Source: Desulfitobacterium hafniense DCB-2
GTDB taxonomy: Bacteria; Bacillota; Desulfitobacteriia; Desulfitobacteriales; Desulfitobacteriaceae
DNA length: 32,000 nt
Assembly (NCBI RefSeq): GCF_000021925.1
Contig: NC_011830.1
Coordinates: forward strand, 5,176,723-5,208,722
Direction of reading: 5' to 3'
The notes beneath the pieces were generated by a model. It was not told the origin of the DNA. It saw only the letters and a list, made by a program, of their open reading frames with translations, and ran no database searches. The stretch's first letter is position 1; every line of letters begins with the position of its first letter. Below, one piece after another: positions 7,439 to 15,841 of the stretch. A program made the translations under genes and the position numbers.

Positions 7439-8140
7439 TTACGCCTTAATTTGTTGCTCACACGCCAAGACATAGAATGCGCTTGACAGGCGATTAAGCG
7501 CCTGAACAAGATCAACCCGGCTGCACTCTCCATTCGTATCCGTAAAGGCCCGGTTAGCGTACAGTTCTACTTCGCGGATTTTAGCCCTGAGTTGGTGGAG
7601 CTTGATGACAGTCCCGCCCTGCTTATAGCTCAGGGGGGAATGTGACACGCCATAATATTGATGGGGATAATGAGAACGTTCCCTGATCTCGTCTGCTGTC
7701 AGTCCCCAAAGGGTTTTAAATTCAAAGGGCTGCCTTTTGACTTCGGCCGCCATAATATTCCGGGCAAATACTGCCACTTCCTCTAACTTTCTGACCAATT
7801 CCAACTCCCCCATGGCCTGAAGGCCTATTTGGGTATCGATCAGCAGGGTTTGAAAAAGATCCAGTTGTCCACGCAGAGCAATGACCGGATGATTTTTGCT
7901 GACCAGTTCATTTTGATATAAATGGGTCATTTGTTCCGGCTTGCCGCCTTTTAAATTAGTTTTTTGGGGTAAAGCCTTTTTAACTGCTGTTCCTGCCTTG
8001 TCTTCCAGTTGAATCTGTATTTGTTTGGAGCGGACAAAATCCCGTGCTAAAGGTGTGAGCACACTCCCCTCCGGAAGTGTGATGATTGTCCCTTTGGTCT
8101 TTTGCCAGATTTCCCGCAGCTCCCTTTCTGTGATGATCAT
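7439..8140 (-). CDS. ATP:cob(I)alamin adenosyltransferase, EutT/PduO-like (COG4812 type)
   Basis: The C-terminal helical bundle carries an ALNRLSSAFYVLA motif like the YLNRLSD.LFVLAR of PduO-type ATRs. The N-terminal LTPLARDFVRSKQI module is seen in eut-associated adenosyltransferases. Position within the eut operon supports the call. Confidence 0.6.
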   Translation of the reverse strand: MIITERELREIWQKTKGTIITLPEGSVLTPLARDFVRSKQIQIQLEDKAGTAVKKALPQKTNLKGGKPEQMTHLYQNELVSKNHPVIALRGQLDLFQTLLIDTQIGLQAMGELELVRKLEEVAVFARNIMAAEVKRQPFEFKTLWGLTADEIRERSHYPHQYYGVSHSPLSYKQGGTVIKLHQLRAKIREVELYANRAFTDTNGECSRVDLVQALNRLSSAFYVLACEQQIKA

Positions 8141-8152
8141 GCCGCCACCCCT

Positions 8153-8800
8153 TTAATATTTCATTCCGTTTTCGGCTACATCGATGACCGCTCGTTGGAA
8201 ATCCTCACAGGCAGCCCGGCAGGCGCTTTGCGTACCCGTCAGCAAGGCACCGCCGAAGTTCGTTTCGGTGGGCGGACCATAAAGCACCTTCATCGCCACA
8301 TCAGCCGCTTTGAGGGCGGCATCTATACCATAGATAGCCTCCAGGGGAGGGGCGATCAAATAGGCAAGGGGTTCACCTTCAGGAATCCCGGCTATTTGGG
8401 AAAGATAGCTCCCCGTACTGGAGATTGTATGAGGAAACCACGCGGTTTTCCCCCCATCATGGCTATAGAAAAAAGCTTCATTTTCCAAATAAGCAATGCA
8501 TGCGTCAATCCCTGCCCGCACATCGGCAGGATTGGCAGCTGCCAGGATGCCGATGACTTCTCCGGAGCGGGGTCCGGAGGCATGGGCCGCCCCCGCATAA
8601 AAGCTCTTGGCATAAACCACGGCGACATCGGCCTTTTTCGTGGCCTCATCCAAAGCAACATAAGTCGAATCGTCTATGTTGCAAGTGATCATGCCTATGG
8701 ATCTTTGATATTGAGCTAAACCGAGCTGGCCGGCCAGTTCCGGTGCTACATTGGGAATTAAACGGGTCGCTAATACCTTGGGTTTAACAGCCTCTATCAT
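8153..8800 (-). CDS. eutL: BMC-T (tandem-domain trimer) shell protein EutL
   Basis: 215 aa. Starts MIEAVKPKVLATRLIPNV..., with ...SIGMITCNIDD and ...VIGILAA, typical of EutL. Confidence 0.85.
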   Translation of the reverse strand: MIEAVKPKVLATRLIPNVAPELAGQLGLAQYQRSIGMITCNIDDSTYVALDEATKKADVAVVYAKSFYAGAAHASGPRSGEVIGILAAANPADVRAGIDACIAYLENEAFFYSHDGGKTAWFPHTISSTGSYLSQIAGIPEGEPLAYLIAPPLEAIYGIDAALKAADVAMKVLYGPPTETNFGGALLTGTQSACRAACEDFQRAVIDVAENGMKY

Positions 8801-8843
8801 CTAAAATCCTCCTTTCTCTACAGTGCTTAATCGCTCATTCGCA

Positions 8844-9287
8844 TTACTTAGTTAAACACTCAATCCTAGTTCTTAGGATCTGGATATTCTTTTTATGGAG
8901 AGCCGAGATCTCATAAAAGGGCTGAGCAATCCCTGCATTGTTCAAGAAAGAGCGGGCAGCTTCTAAATTGGCCTGGGGTAAATCGATCTTAGTGATCACG
9001 CCGATGACCGGTTTACGAAAAACGCGGACAAACTTCGGAGGATAAGTTAAGTAAGTCTTCGTAGCATCCTGCAGCGCCCAAATTTCCGAAACTTGATGGC
9101 TGAGATCGATAATCACATGATAGTAACGGGGAATCTCCAGATACTCCCCAGGACAATCGATAAAAACTTCACTAAAGTTCAGTGCTTGGGTTTTTTGATA
9201 GATCAGGGGCAGATCGCTTAAAGCTTGTTTAAGGGTCGTTTTGCCTGTTCCAACGCCGCCGATCAGCAATATTTTTGAATCATGCAT
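8844..9287 (-). CDS. eutP: EutP/PduV-family P-loop protein
   Basis: 147 aa with P-loop GGVGTGKTT and ITKIDL (an NKxD-like motif). It is the first gene of the eut operon. Confidence 0.8.
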   Translation of the reverse strand: MHDSKILLIGGVGTGKTTLKQALSDLPLIYQKTQALNFSEVFIDCPGEYLEIPRYYHVIIDLSHQVSEIWALQDATKTYLTYPPKFVRVFRKPVIGVITKIDLPQANLEAARSFLNNAGIAQPFYEISALHKKNIQILRTRIECLTK

Positions 9288-9400
9288 TAGCTTCTCGTCA
9301 CTTTCCCTGCATTTCTAAACATATCTTTTGGAAATTACTGAAATATACAACTATTCTTGCAAGTCACTTTTAGTCCTGATATAATTATTTTTGATATACT

Positions 9401-9469
9401 AGTGGTCTGTAATATCTAAAGGTTTAGGTGATCCGGCGGGAACCAAATTCTTAGGTGTTACAGACCACT
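9401..9469. promoter_or_regulatory. 12-bp perfect inverted repeat (agtggtctgtaa / ttacagaccact) enclosing 45 nt, in the eutP-LysR divergent intergenic region
   Basis: Arms are at 9401-9412 and 9458-9469. The interior carries a TTAGGTG direct repeat (about 9424-9430 and 9451-9457) and a ccggcggg core. Function is unknown. Confidence 0.5.
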
Positions 9470-9519
9470 GGCGCATGCTATTGCTTTTAGCTCAATACAT
9501 TAAGGTAGTGTGATATTAT

Positions 9520-10434
9520 ATGAGATTGGAACAACTCTATCATCTCGTTGAAGTTGCCAAATATAATTCCATATCCATAGCGGCAGAACGCATCTATATC
9601 ACTCAGCCTGCGGTTAGTGCATCCATCAGCAAGCTTGAAGATGAATTGGGAGTCCTCTTATTTAAGCGGACCACCAAGGGGGCCTACCCAACGGACATTG
9701 GCCAAACCATTATTGAAGCTGCCGAAGAAATACTGCAAAAAGTCGATTTTATTAAAGAGTTGGCCAACACCTCCGCCTTAGCTGGAAATGTCACCATTGC
9801 GACCATCCCCAGTATGTGTGATAAAATCATGCCCCATGTCTTGTCTTTTTTGAAAGAAGCTCATCCAGGCATCAGTGTTTCCCTGCACGTTGGCGAGTCA
9901 ATCCAGGTATTAAACCATATTCAGTCCGGGACGGCGGACATAGGCATCGTTATTATGACTGAAGAAATTCAAGAAAAAAACATTTATTTTGAAAAGCTCT
10001 TCCATGATGAATTTCTCATCTATGTCGGAAAAAACTCTCCTCTTGCCAACAAGCAATCCGTTACTCTCCAAGAGGCCCTTGAATATCCGGTTGTAGCCTA
10101 TAATGATGAATTTTCCAGAAATAACGGAGGCATCACCAGTCTCTTAAAAAAATATTCTTCACCTAAAATTTCATTTCGTTTTGATAACTTCGAAATGATC
10201 AAACGAACCGTTTCCCAAGGAACCTTTATCTCATTTTTCCCTAAGTTTATGTCGAAAAACGATGTCTATCAGTTGTCCCATGAAATTGTTCCCATAGCTA
10301 TTCAAGATGTTACTTTAGATATAACGATTGCTTTAATATGGGCTAAGCGCCACGTCTTTTCTGCCGCTGAGAAGGAATTTATCGCCATTCTTAAATCCTT
10401 TTGTGAAGAAACCATCGTTGAAGACTGTTCTTAA
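9520..10434 (+). CDS. LysR-family transcriptional regulator
   Basis: N-terminal wHTH (SISIAAERIYITQPAVSASISKLEDELGVLLFKR) followed by a substrate-binding domain. Divergent from the eut operon. Confidence 0.9.
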   Translation: MRLEQLYHLVEVAKYNSISIAAERIYITQPAVSASISKLEDELGVLLFKRTTKGAYPTDIGQTIIEAAEEILQKVDFIKELANTSALAGNVTIATIPSMCDKIMPHVLSFLKEAHPGISVSLHVGESIQVLNHIQSGTADIGIVIMTEEIQEKNIYFEKLFHDEFLIYVGKNSPLANKQSVTLQEALEYPVVAYNDEFSRNNGGITSLLKKYSSPKISFRFDNFEMIKRTVSQGTFISFFPKFMSKNDVYQLSHEIVPIAIQDVTLDITIALIWAKRHVFSAAEKEFIAILKSFCEETIVEDCS

Positions 10435-10461
10435 AAGACCCTGTTCAGAAATGGGTCGGGG

Positions 10462-10496
10462 AACTCCCCGGGAAATCGGCAATTTCCCGGGGAGTT
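10462..10496. terminator. Bidirectional terminator between convergent genes
   Basis: 15-bp perfect stem aactccccgggaaat / atttcccggggagtt with a 5-nt loop, followed by tttt on the plus strand. Confidence 0.75.
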
Positions 10497-10506
10497 TTAG
10501 CTTTAT

Positions 10507-12489
10507 TCAGTCTGCAAGGGATTGATAAATTACGCCGCCTTCCACATCATGAGCCATCGGAGCGCCGGCTAAATGGCAGAGTGTTGGCACAACATCGACG
10601 ATGCGAACCCGGCGATTGATAACCTCACCCTGTTTCACTCCCGCGCCCGCCATCATAAAGAGGCATTTTAAGGAGTATCCATTCAGACTCATATTGCTTA
10701 ACCCATTGCCATGGGTTCTGTTAAATTCGGGCTCCATCATATAGAAGATATCTCCGCAGTGGGGGCCTCCCATATTTAAGTACTCCATATCCGACCGATT
10801 CAAGGCTAAGCTGATCACCCGCTTGCCCGTTTGCGGATCTCTGTAGGCGTATAAATCGTCAATGATCCTGCGAACAAGGTCATCATAATCTTTAGGATCC
10901 ACTATCCCCTGAGGGTCTCTTCCTTTGAGATTGATGTAAATATAGGTGGCACGCTGGGCAACAGCCTGGGTATTTTCCCAATCGATTTCCACTTTACCTT
11001 TGACTTCTTTAAGCTTGGTGTAGCCCAATTCCCCCAGTACACCCACATTAAATCCCCACATATCCCCGATCAAGGGATGAATGATATGACGATCTCTGCC
11101 AATGGCCGCGTGATCGGAAGCGATCACCACCGTTGTCTCCTCATCGAATAATTTCATCATTTTGCCAATATAAGTATCCGTTATCTGGTACATTTTGAGT
11201 ATAATCGCCTGATAGCGCTCATAATTCGGTGTTGTGGCCGGTATGGTATAATCGAGATAGAAATGATTCAGCATATCAATACCGTGAATATGGCTGCAGA
11301 AGAGATCCCATTCCTTATGTTTCAGGAGATATTCCTGAGCTTTGACCTGCCATTGATACATTTCTTCCATGGTCTCCAGGACGATGGTATCCGCGATATC
11401 ATTATGACGATCAAAGTTCGAGGGCTGCATCATCGGGCCCACCGCTTTGTACAGTTCCTCACCGATTTCCAGGGGGCTGAAATAGTTTTGCGGCTTCAGG
11501 TCCAGAGCAAAAGAGTAATAGAACTTCATACTCCTGCCCTCGGCAGCCAGTTCTACCAGCTTGACTTTATAGGCAACCGGTTTGTTTTCCCCTTTATAAT
11601 GGTAGCTGTCATAGATCCAATCACTCCACCCATTGATCACGACCTCACCGATGGGCTTTTCATCCTGCTTATTCACAAATATCTGCAATTTATTGTAGTT
11701 CTTTTCATCATCGGCGACGATTAAGCCATAGCGCCTTGTCTGGCCCTCATTCACAGTGAGCACGACTTCCTTGGCCCCGGCCGGTGCCTTGGCCCACCCC
11801 TGGGCCGCCTTGATCGGGGCAATGACGCGGTCGCATTTTGCCGAATCAGCCTCCTCTTCACTTCCCCCTTCTGCCGTGACGCAGCCGGGGTGCTGATACC
11901 CAAAGCCGTCAAAATTCTTGATCTCTGCTTTCAGCTCCGAAACCTCGCCCTCAACGCGGCAATCCGTACCGCTAAGGTCAGCTTCATGAGGTATTACCTG
12001 AATGGGAAAATCACCTTCGCTGCATTCAAAAATCTTTTCGTAGTCGATATAACCTCTAAGGTTACTGAACATGCTGGTGCCATCCACAACAATAGCATTA
12101 GGGTTGGTTGGAGGCCATGAGGTGGGATAATTGAAGATAATACTCTTTTTGCCGGCCCGATCGAAGGCATCCCAGATATACTCCGCCTTACAAAGCTCTG
12201 AATTCCAGCCAAAGTCCAGGATGTCCAGGGGATTTCCCAGCGTATGGTTCCAGAAGCAGGTAATGCCATGGGTATTTGGCCAGGCTCCCGTTGCCAGGGA
12301 AGCCCAGTTCGGGGGGGTAATCGTGGGCAAAGCCCCCTGCATACCGAGATCCTCGGTCACAACACCCGATTCCATGAACTTTTGGAAATTGGGTAATTTA
12401 CCTTCCGCAATCAATTTCTTCATGAACATCGGATCAGCGCCATCTAAACCAAGCAACGCAATTTTTTTAGCTTTTCCGTAGCATTTCAT
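10507..12489 (-). CDS. Alkaline-phosphatase-superfamily enzyme (type I phosphodiesterase / nucleotide pyrophosphatase-like), cytoplasmic, ~660 aa
   Basis: Metal and nucleophile motifs are present: LLGLDGADP, LPTITPPNWASLATG, VIASDHAA, THGNG. No signal peptide. I moved the start to ATG 12489 because GGAGG (12502..12498) lies 8 nt upstream of it, whereas the track start at 12510 has no RBS. Confidence 0.7.
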   Translation of the reverse strand: MKCYGKAKKIALLGLDGADPMFMKKLIAEGKLPNFQKFMESGVVTEDLGMQGALPTITPPNWASLATGAWPNTHGITCFWNHTLGNPLDILDFGWNSELCKAEYIWDAFDRAGKKSIIFNYPTSWPPTNPNAIVVDGTSMFSNLRGYIDYEKIFECSEGDFPIQVIPHEADLSGTDCRVEGEVSELKAEIKNFDGFGYQHPGCVTAEGGSEEEADSAKCDRVIAPIKAAQGWAKAPAGAKEVVLTVNEGQTRRYGLIVADDEKNYNKLQIFVNKQDEKPIGEVVINGWSDWIYDSYHYKGENKPVAYKVKLVELAAEGRSMKFYYSFALDLKPQNYFSPLEIGEELYKAVGPMMQPSNFDRHNDIADTIVLETMEEMYQWQVKAQEYLLKHKEWDLFCSHIHGIDMLNHFYLDYTIPATTPNYERYQAIILKMYQITDTYIGKMMKLFDEETTVVIASDHAAIGRDRHIIHPLIGDMWGFNVGVLGELGYTKLKEVKGKVEIDWENTQAVAQRATYIYINLKGRDPQGIVDPKDYDDLVRRIIDDLYAYRDPQTGKRVISLALNRSDMEYLNMGGPHCGDIFYMMEPEFNRTHGNGLSNMSLNGYSLKCLFMMAGAGVKQGEVINRRVRIVDVVPTLCHLAGAPMAHDVEGGVIYQSLAD

Positions 12490-12643
12490 TTTCTTTTCCT
12501 CCTGTTTCATCGATTGTCCATTTTAGAAATATTTAATATATCGGGAAATCGAGTTTCATGTTATTATTTTCACTAATCACTTTGGGGGGGCACCTCAGTT
12601 AAATAACTTTGTTTCCTTTATCCCTTCCCTTCTTAAATATATA

Positions 12644-14154
12644 ACTCAACTTTCGCACCCCAGTTGAGGGAATAGAGCCTTGATATAACTGGGTAATGCA
12701 GCAATCCACTTTTGTAATTGACTGAGTGATTCGTTATTCTCTGGTTTATTGGGTAGTAGATTAAGAACAAACGTCATTAACTGACGTAGTGCTGTTTTCA
12801 AGTCTAAATCCATAACCTCATCAGCAAAAAGATAAAAGAGTCCCCCAAGAGAGCGTTCATCATTGTTTTCTCTTCGTTCCCACTCCAGGATGAGGTAACG
12901 GGTAAAGACTATGGTTGTGTGACTAACCATCATATCGAAGGATCGGCCCTGAAATTCAGTTCCTAGCTTCAAATGCGATTTGGCCATTTTGAAAAACGTT
13001 TCGATACTCCAACGCATCCCGTAAATTCTTACGACTTCAGTAGTTTCTAAGGAAAGATCGGTGGTTAAGATCGCTAACCACTCTCTTCGGTTGTTTCGAT
13101 TCTGGACGAAAACAACTTTTAAAGCTAAGCCTGAAGGGGTATGAACACGCACTGAACCCAGTATTTCTGCTTTCGGGTTCTTTGGGACTCTCGCGTAGAG
13201 CTCTCGTAAACTGAGTGATTTTCCTTCAAAGAGATAACGCTGCTTAAGTTCTTTAACCATTCCAATAACGTGAAGCTCCTTATCCCTTAGCTTTTGCAAA
13301 AGTGGAGCATGGGTAAACCAACTATCCATTAGGACGTAATCCGCTGAGAATCCGGCTTTGAGAGCTCGTTCAAGCATTTGAACCACGGTGTCCGGTTTAG
13401 GGCTCATCGCTTCCAGGCGACGCTTATAGCCTACGGAGCGTTTGTCTAAGTCCTCTCTCATTTCACAAAGACGATTTTTAGCTTTTGCAGAACTCATCAA
13501 TGTAAAATCAAGGGGTGCGAAGCTGAACCCGTCAGACCAGCCCAAGGTTAGTAAGGTGTAACCGCGAACAAAGCGGCCCGAAACATGGTCAAACACTCGG
13601 GCTAAGAGTTCAACTTTCTTGCTTCGTTCGCGCTCCATTACAGAATCATCTACGATAAAAACACGGATACGCTGCGCAGAGGTGAGCTTTTCAAAGCGTC
13701 CGACCATCTTGAGGCTGAGTAACTGGTAAAAACGCCTCCAGTTATACCGAGAGTCATTGAGAAACCGATAAACAACATCTTTACCTGGAAGAGATTCTGC
13801 CCGGCTTCCTTCTAACAGCCGAAACAGATTTCGACCTTGAAAAACGAGTTGGAAAATGATTTGGAAGACAACGAAGCTTGAAACCCCATAGGACTTGCGG
13901 ATCCCAGCGGCTCGAAGCAGCTGACTAAGCTTAAGGGAAGAAAAAATTAAAGAAAGCTGATTTTGATGCTGTTCAGGCAGAGAGTTGTGTTGTAACATGG
14001 AGATACGCACCTTTCTGTTTTGGAAATTATGGTTGTTTGGTCACTTCCATTTTACCAATTCGAAAGGTGTTTTTCTGTCAATGAACAAAATATTTTTAGC
14101 CTAATCCAGTAGTAGACTGAGTTTGAACAGATTTTCGCGCTGCGAAAGTTGAGT
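12644..14154 (-). mobile_element. Intact IS4-family insertion sequence (1511 bp)
   Basis: 14-bp perfect terminal inverted repeats: actcaactttcgca (12644-12657) and tgcgaaagttgagt (14141-14154). Flanked by ATATA on both sides (12639-12643 and 14155-14159), a possible 5-bp target duplication. One full-length transposase ORF. Confidence 0.8.
12646..14010 (-). CDS. IS4-family DDE transposase
   Basis: 454 aa. Carries the Y-x2-R-x3-E-x6-K signature (YGMRWSIETFFKMAK) and DDE-type blocks (IVDDS; VLMDSWF). Confidence 0.85.
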   Translation of the reverse strand: MRISMLQHNSLPEQHQNQLSLIFSSLKLSQLLRAAGIRKSYGVSSFVVFQIIFQLVFQGRNLFRLLEGSRAESLPGKDVVYRFLNDSRYNWRRFYQLLSLKMVGRFEKLTSAQRIRVFIVDDSVMERERSKKVELLARVFDHVSGRFVRGYTLLTLGWSDGFSFAPLDFTLMSSAKAKNRLCEMREDLDKRSVGYKRRLEAMSPKPDTVVQMLERALKAGFSADYVLMDSWFTHAPLLQKLRDKELHVIGMVKELKQRYLFEGKSLSLRELYARVPKNPKAEILGSVRVHTPSGLALKVVFVQNRNNRREWLAILTTDLSLETTEVVRIYGMRWSIETFFKMAKSHLKLGTEFQGRSFDMMVSHTTIVFTRYLILEWERRENNDERSLGGLFYLFADEVMDLDLKTALRQLMTFVLNLLPNKPENNESLSQLQKWIAALPSYIKALFPQLGCES

Positions 14155-14284
14155 ATATAATCAAAATATCCTATGTTTAAATATAATTATTCTATGAGCA
14201 AAGTATATCCCATGGCCGATCCGTTGTAAAATTACTCATATTTATATGGCCTATAAATACCGAATACTTATTAAAAGTTTTCCT

Positions 14285-14326
14285 AATGAACCACTAAAGG
14301 AAGCCCTGTTCCTTTAGTGGTTCATT
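14285..14326 (-). terminator. Hairpin terminator after mttB
   Basis: 17-bp perfect stem aatgaaccactaaagga / tcctttagtggttcatt with an 8-nt loop, 13 nt after the TAA-TGA double stop. The U-tract is weak (AGGAAAACUUUU). Confidence 0.55.
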
Positions 14327-14338
14327 GTTAAGCAATCA

Positions 14339-15829
14339 TTATATCAATGATCTGGCAACTCCATATTCATCCTCAGTCTCCTCCACGATCGAGCGCAGCG
14401 TGGCCGCTATCTTTTCCGGCAGAGGCTCAGGGGTATAATTCTCCAGTATGGAGATGGCCTCCTCATAGGCCCTTTGGGTGAAGTCTTTGGCCCCGGCAGC
14501 CAGCCAATTCTCCCTCATCGACCGGTCTACGAGCTTGCTCTGGGACTGTGTTCTCATATGGGCATAGGTATGATCTTCGCTAATGAAGTTGCCAGCGGTA
14601 CCTACCGACTTGATAACATCCACTGCGAGGGTCTCGTCCGTAACACTGATCCCACCGACCGCCTTTTTAATCATCCTGGCCATCTCATTATCCATCAGCA
14701 TTTGAGCATAATCAAAGGTGATGCCGAGTTCCAGCATACCGGCGCCATAAATCAGATTGGCACCGGCTAAGGCGGTTAAGAACCCAGTCAGAGTAAATTC
14801 ATGACTTGCCTGGGCATCGGGAATCTTGCTGTCTACCTATCCACCGGCAACCCAGCTGGGCAAATTATAATATTGGGCCAGTTTCGCCACTCCGGCATTG
14901 ATCATGCCCAGTTCAGGGGAACCCACCGGCGCAGTCATATTTTTCATATCCATAATCGTTGTGGAACTGCCGTAGAGAACAGGTGCCCCCTTGCTGGTCA
15001 GCTGGCTGAGCACGATGGCCCCCAGCACCTCACAATTATGAGTAACCAAGGTTCCCGCCAAAGTGATGGCAGACGTCGCTCCGGACATTCCCATCGATAA
15101 CATATTGACCGGAATACCTGCCCGCGCGCCTTCGATAATGACCTCAGAAGCATGATTAACTATCTGCAGGGGACTGGTTGGACAAATATTGCAGGAGAAA
15201 AGGGGCCGTTCCCGCAGCTTATCCTCGCCACCGGCGACGGCCGCCGCCATCTTTAAAACCTTCTTAAAATTGCGCCCGCCTTCAACACCTATAAACACAT
15301 GTTTGGAAGTGTTATTAAAAATGACTTCTGCATTATGCACAACCGCCACACTGGGATGAATATCCTGTGGCGCCACCGGTCTCAGCACCGCATCCATCTG
15401 ATCCATGGCATCACAGAAACGGGTGATATTGGCCACATCCCGCCTTGTGGTTTTCCTATACTCTTTCGTGTAGGGATCAATGATGGAAACACCTTCACCA
15501 AAGTTGATAAACCCAACCCGTTTGCCTCCCAAAACAATATCATTTTTGGGATTTCTCCCCGCCAGCACAAGGGTGCTGGGGGCTGATTGTATGGCATCCT
15601 CCACTAAATATTGGGGAATCTTTACTACCTTCGTTTTAAAATCAACTCTGGCGCCGCCTTCAGAGAAAATCTCCAAGGCTTCCTGGCTTTCGATTTTTAG
15701 TCCTGTATACTCCAAAACTTCAAGGGTACTCGTGTGGATGGCATAGAGTTCTTCATCGGAAAATCCGGCAAGCCCAAAGCCTTCCACCCGGGCAACGCCC
15801 GCCTGAACCATTGATCTCAACCTGGCCAC
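14339..15829 (-). CDS. mttB: Trimethylamine:corrinoid methyltransferase MttB, 496 codons, with an in-frame UAG (pyrrolysine) at codon 331 (14839..14837)
   Basis: Track ORFs 14837..15829 and 14339..14737 are in the same frame. The 33 codons between the TAG and the second ORF's first Met ([33 protein letters not shown]) align with the uninterrupted paralog next door. GTG start behind an AAGGAGG RBS. Confidence 0.88.
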
Positions 15830-15841
15830 CTCCTTAAATTA

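Noticed and set aside
9469-9485. Sigma-54-like motif TGGCGCATGCTATTGCT upstream of the LysR gene
   Set aside because: GG and GC are separated by 11 nt rather than the invariant 10, so it is unlikely to be a functional -24/-12 promoter.
12639-12643. ATATA as a definite target-site duplication of the IS
   Set aside because: It is kept only as a possibility. The surrounding DNA is AT-rich (tatata runs), so a 5-bp match can occur by chance, and the exact IS termini could shift by 1-2 nt.
14740-14836. PYLIS-like stem-loop immediately 3' of the mttB UAG
   Set aside because: Reading the ~100 nt after the UAG I found only 3-4 bp complementarities and no convincing hairpin. I cannot exclude one without a folding program.
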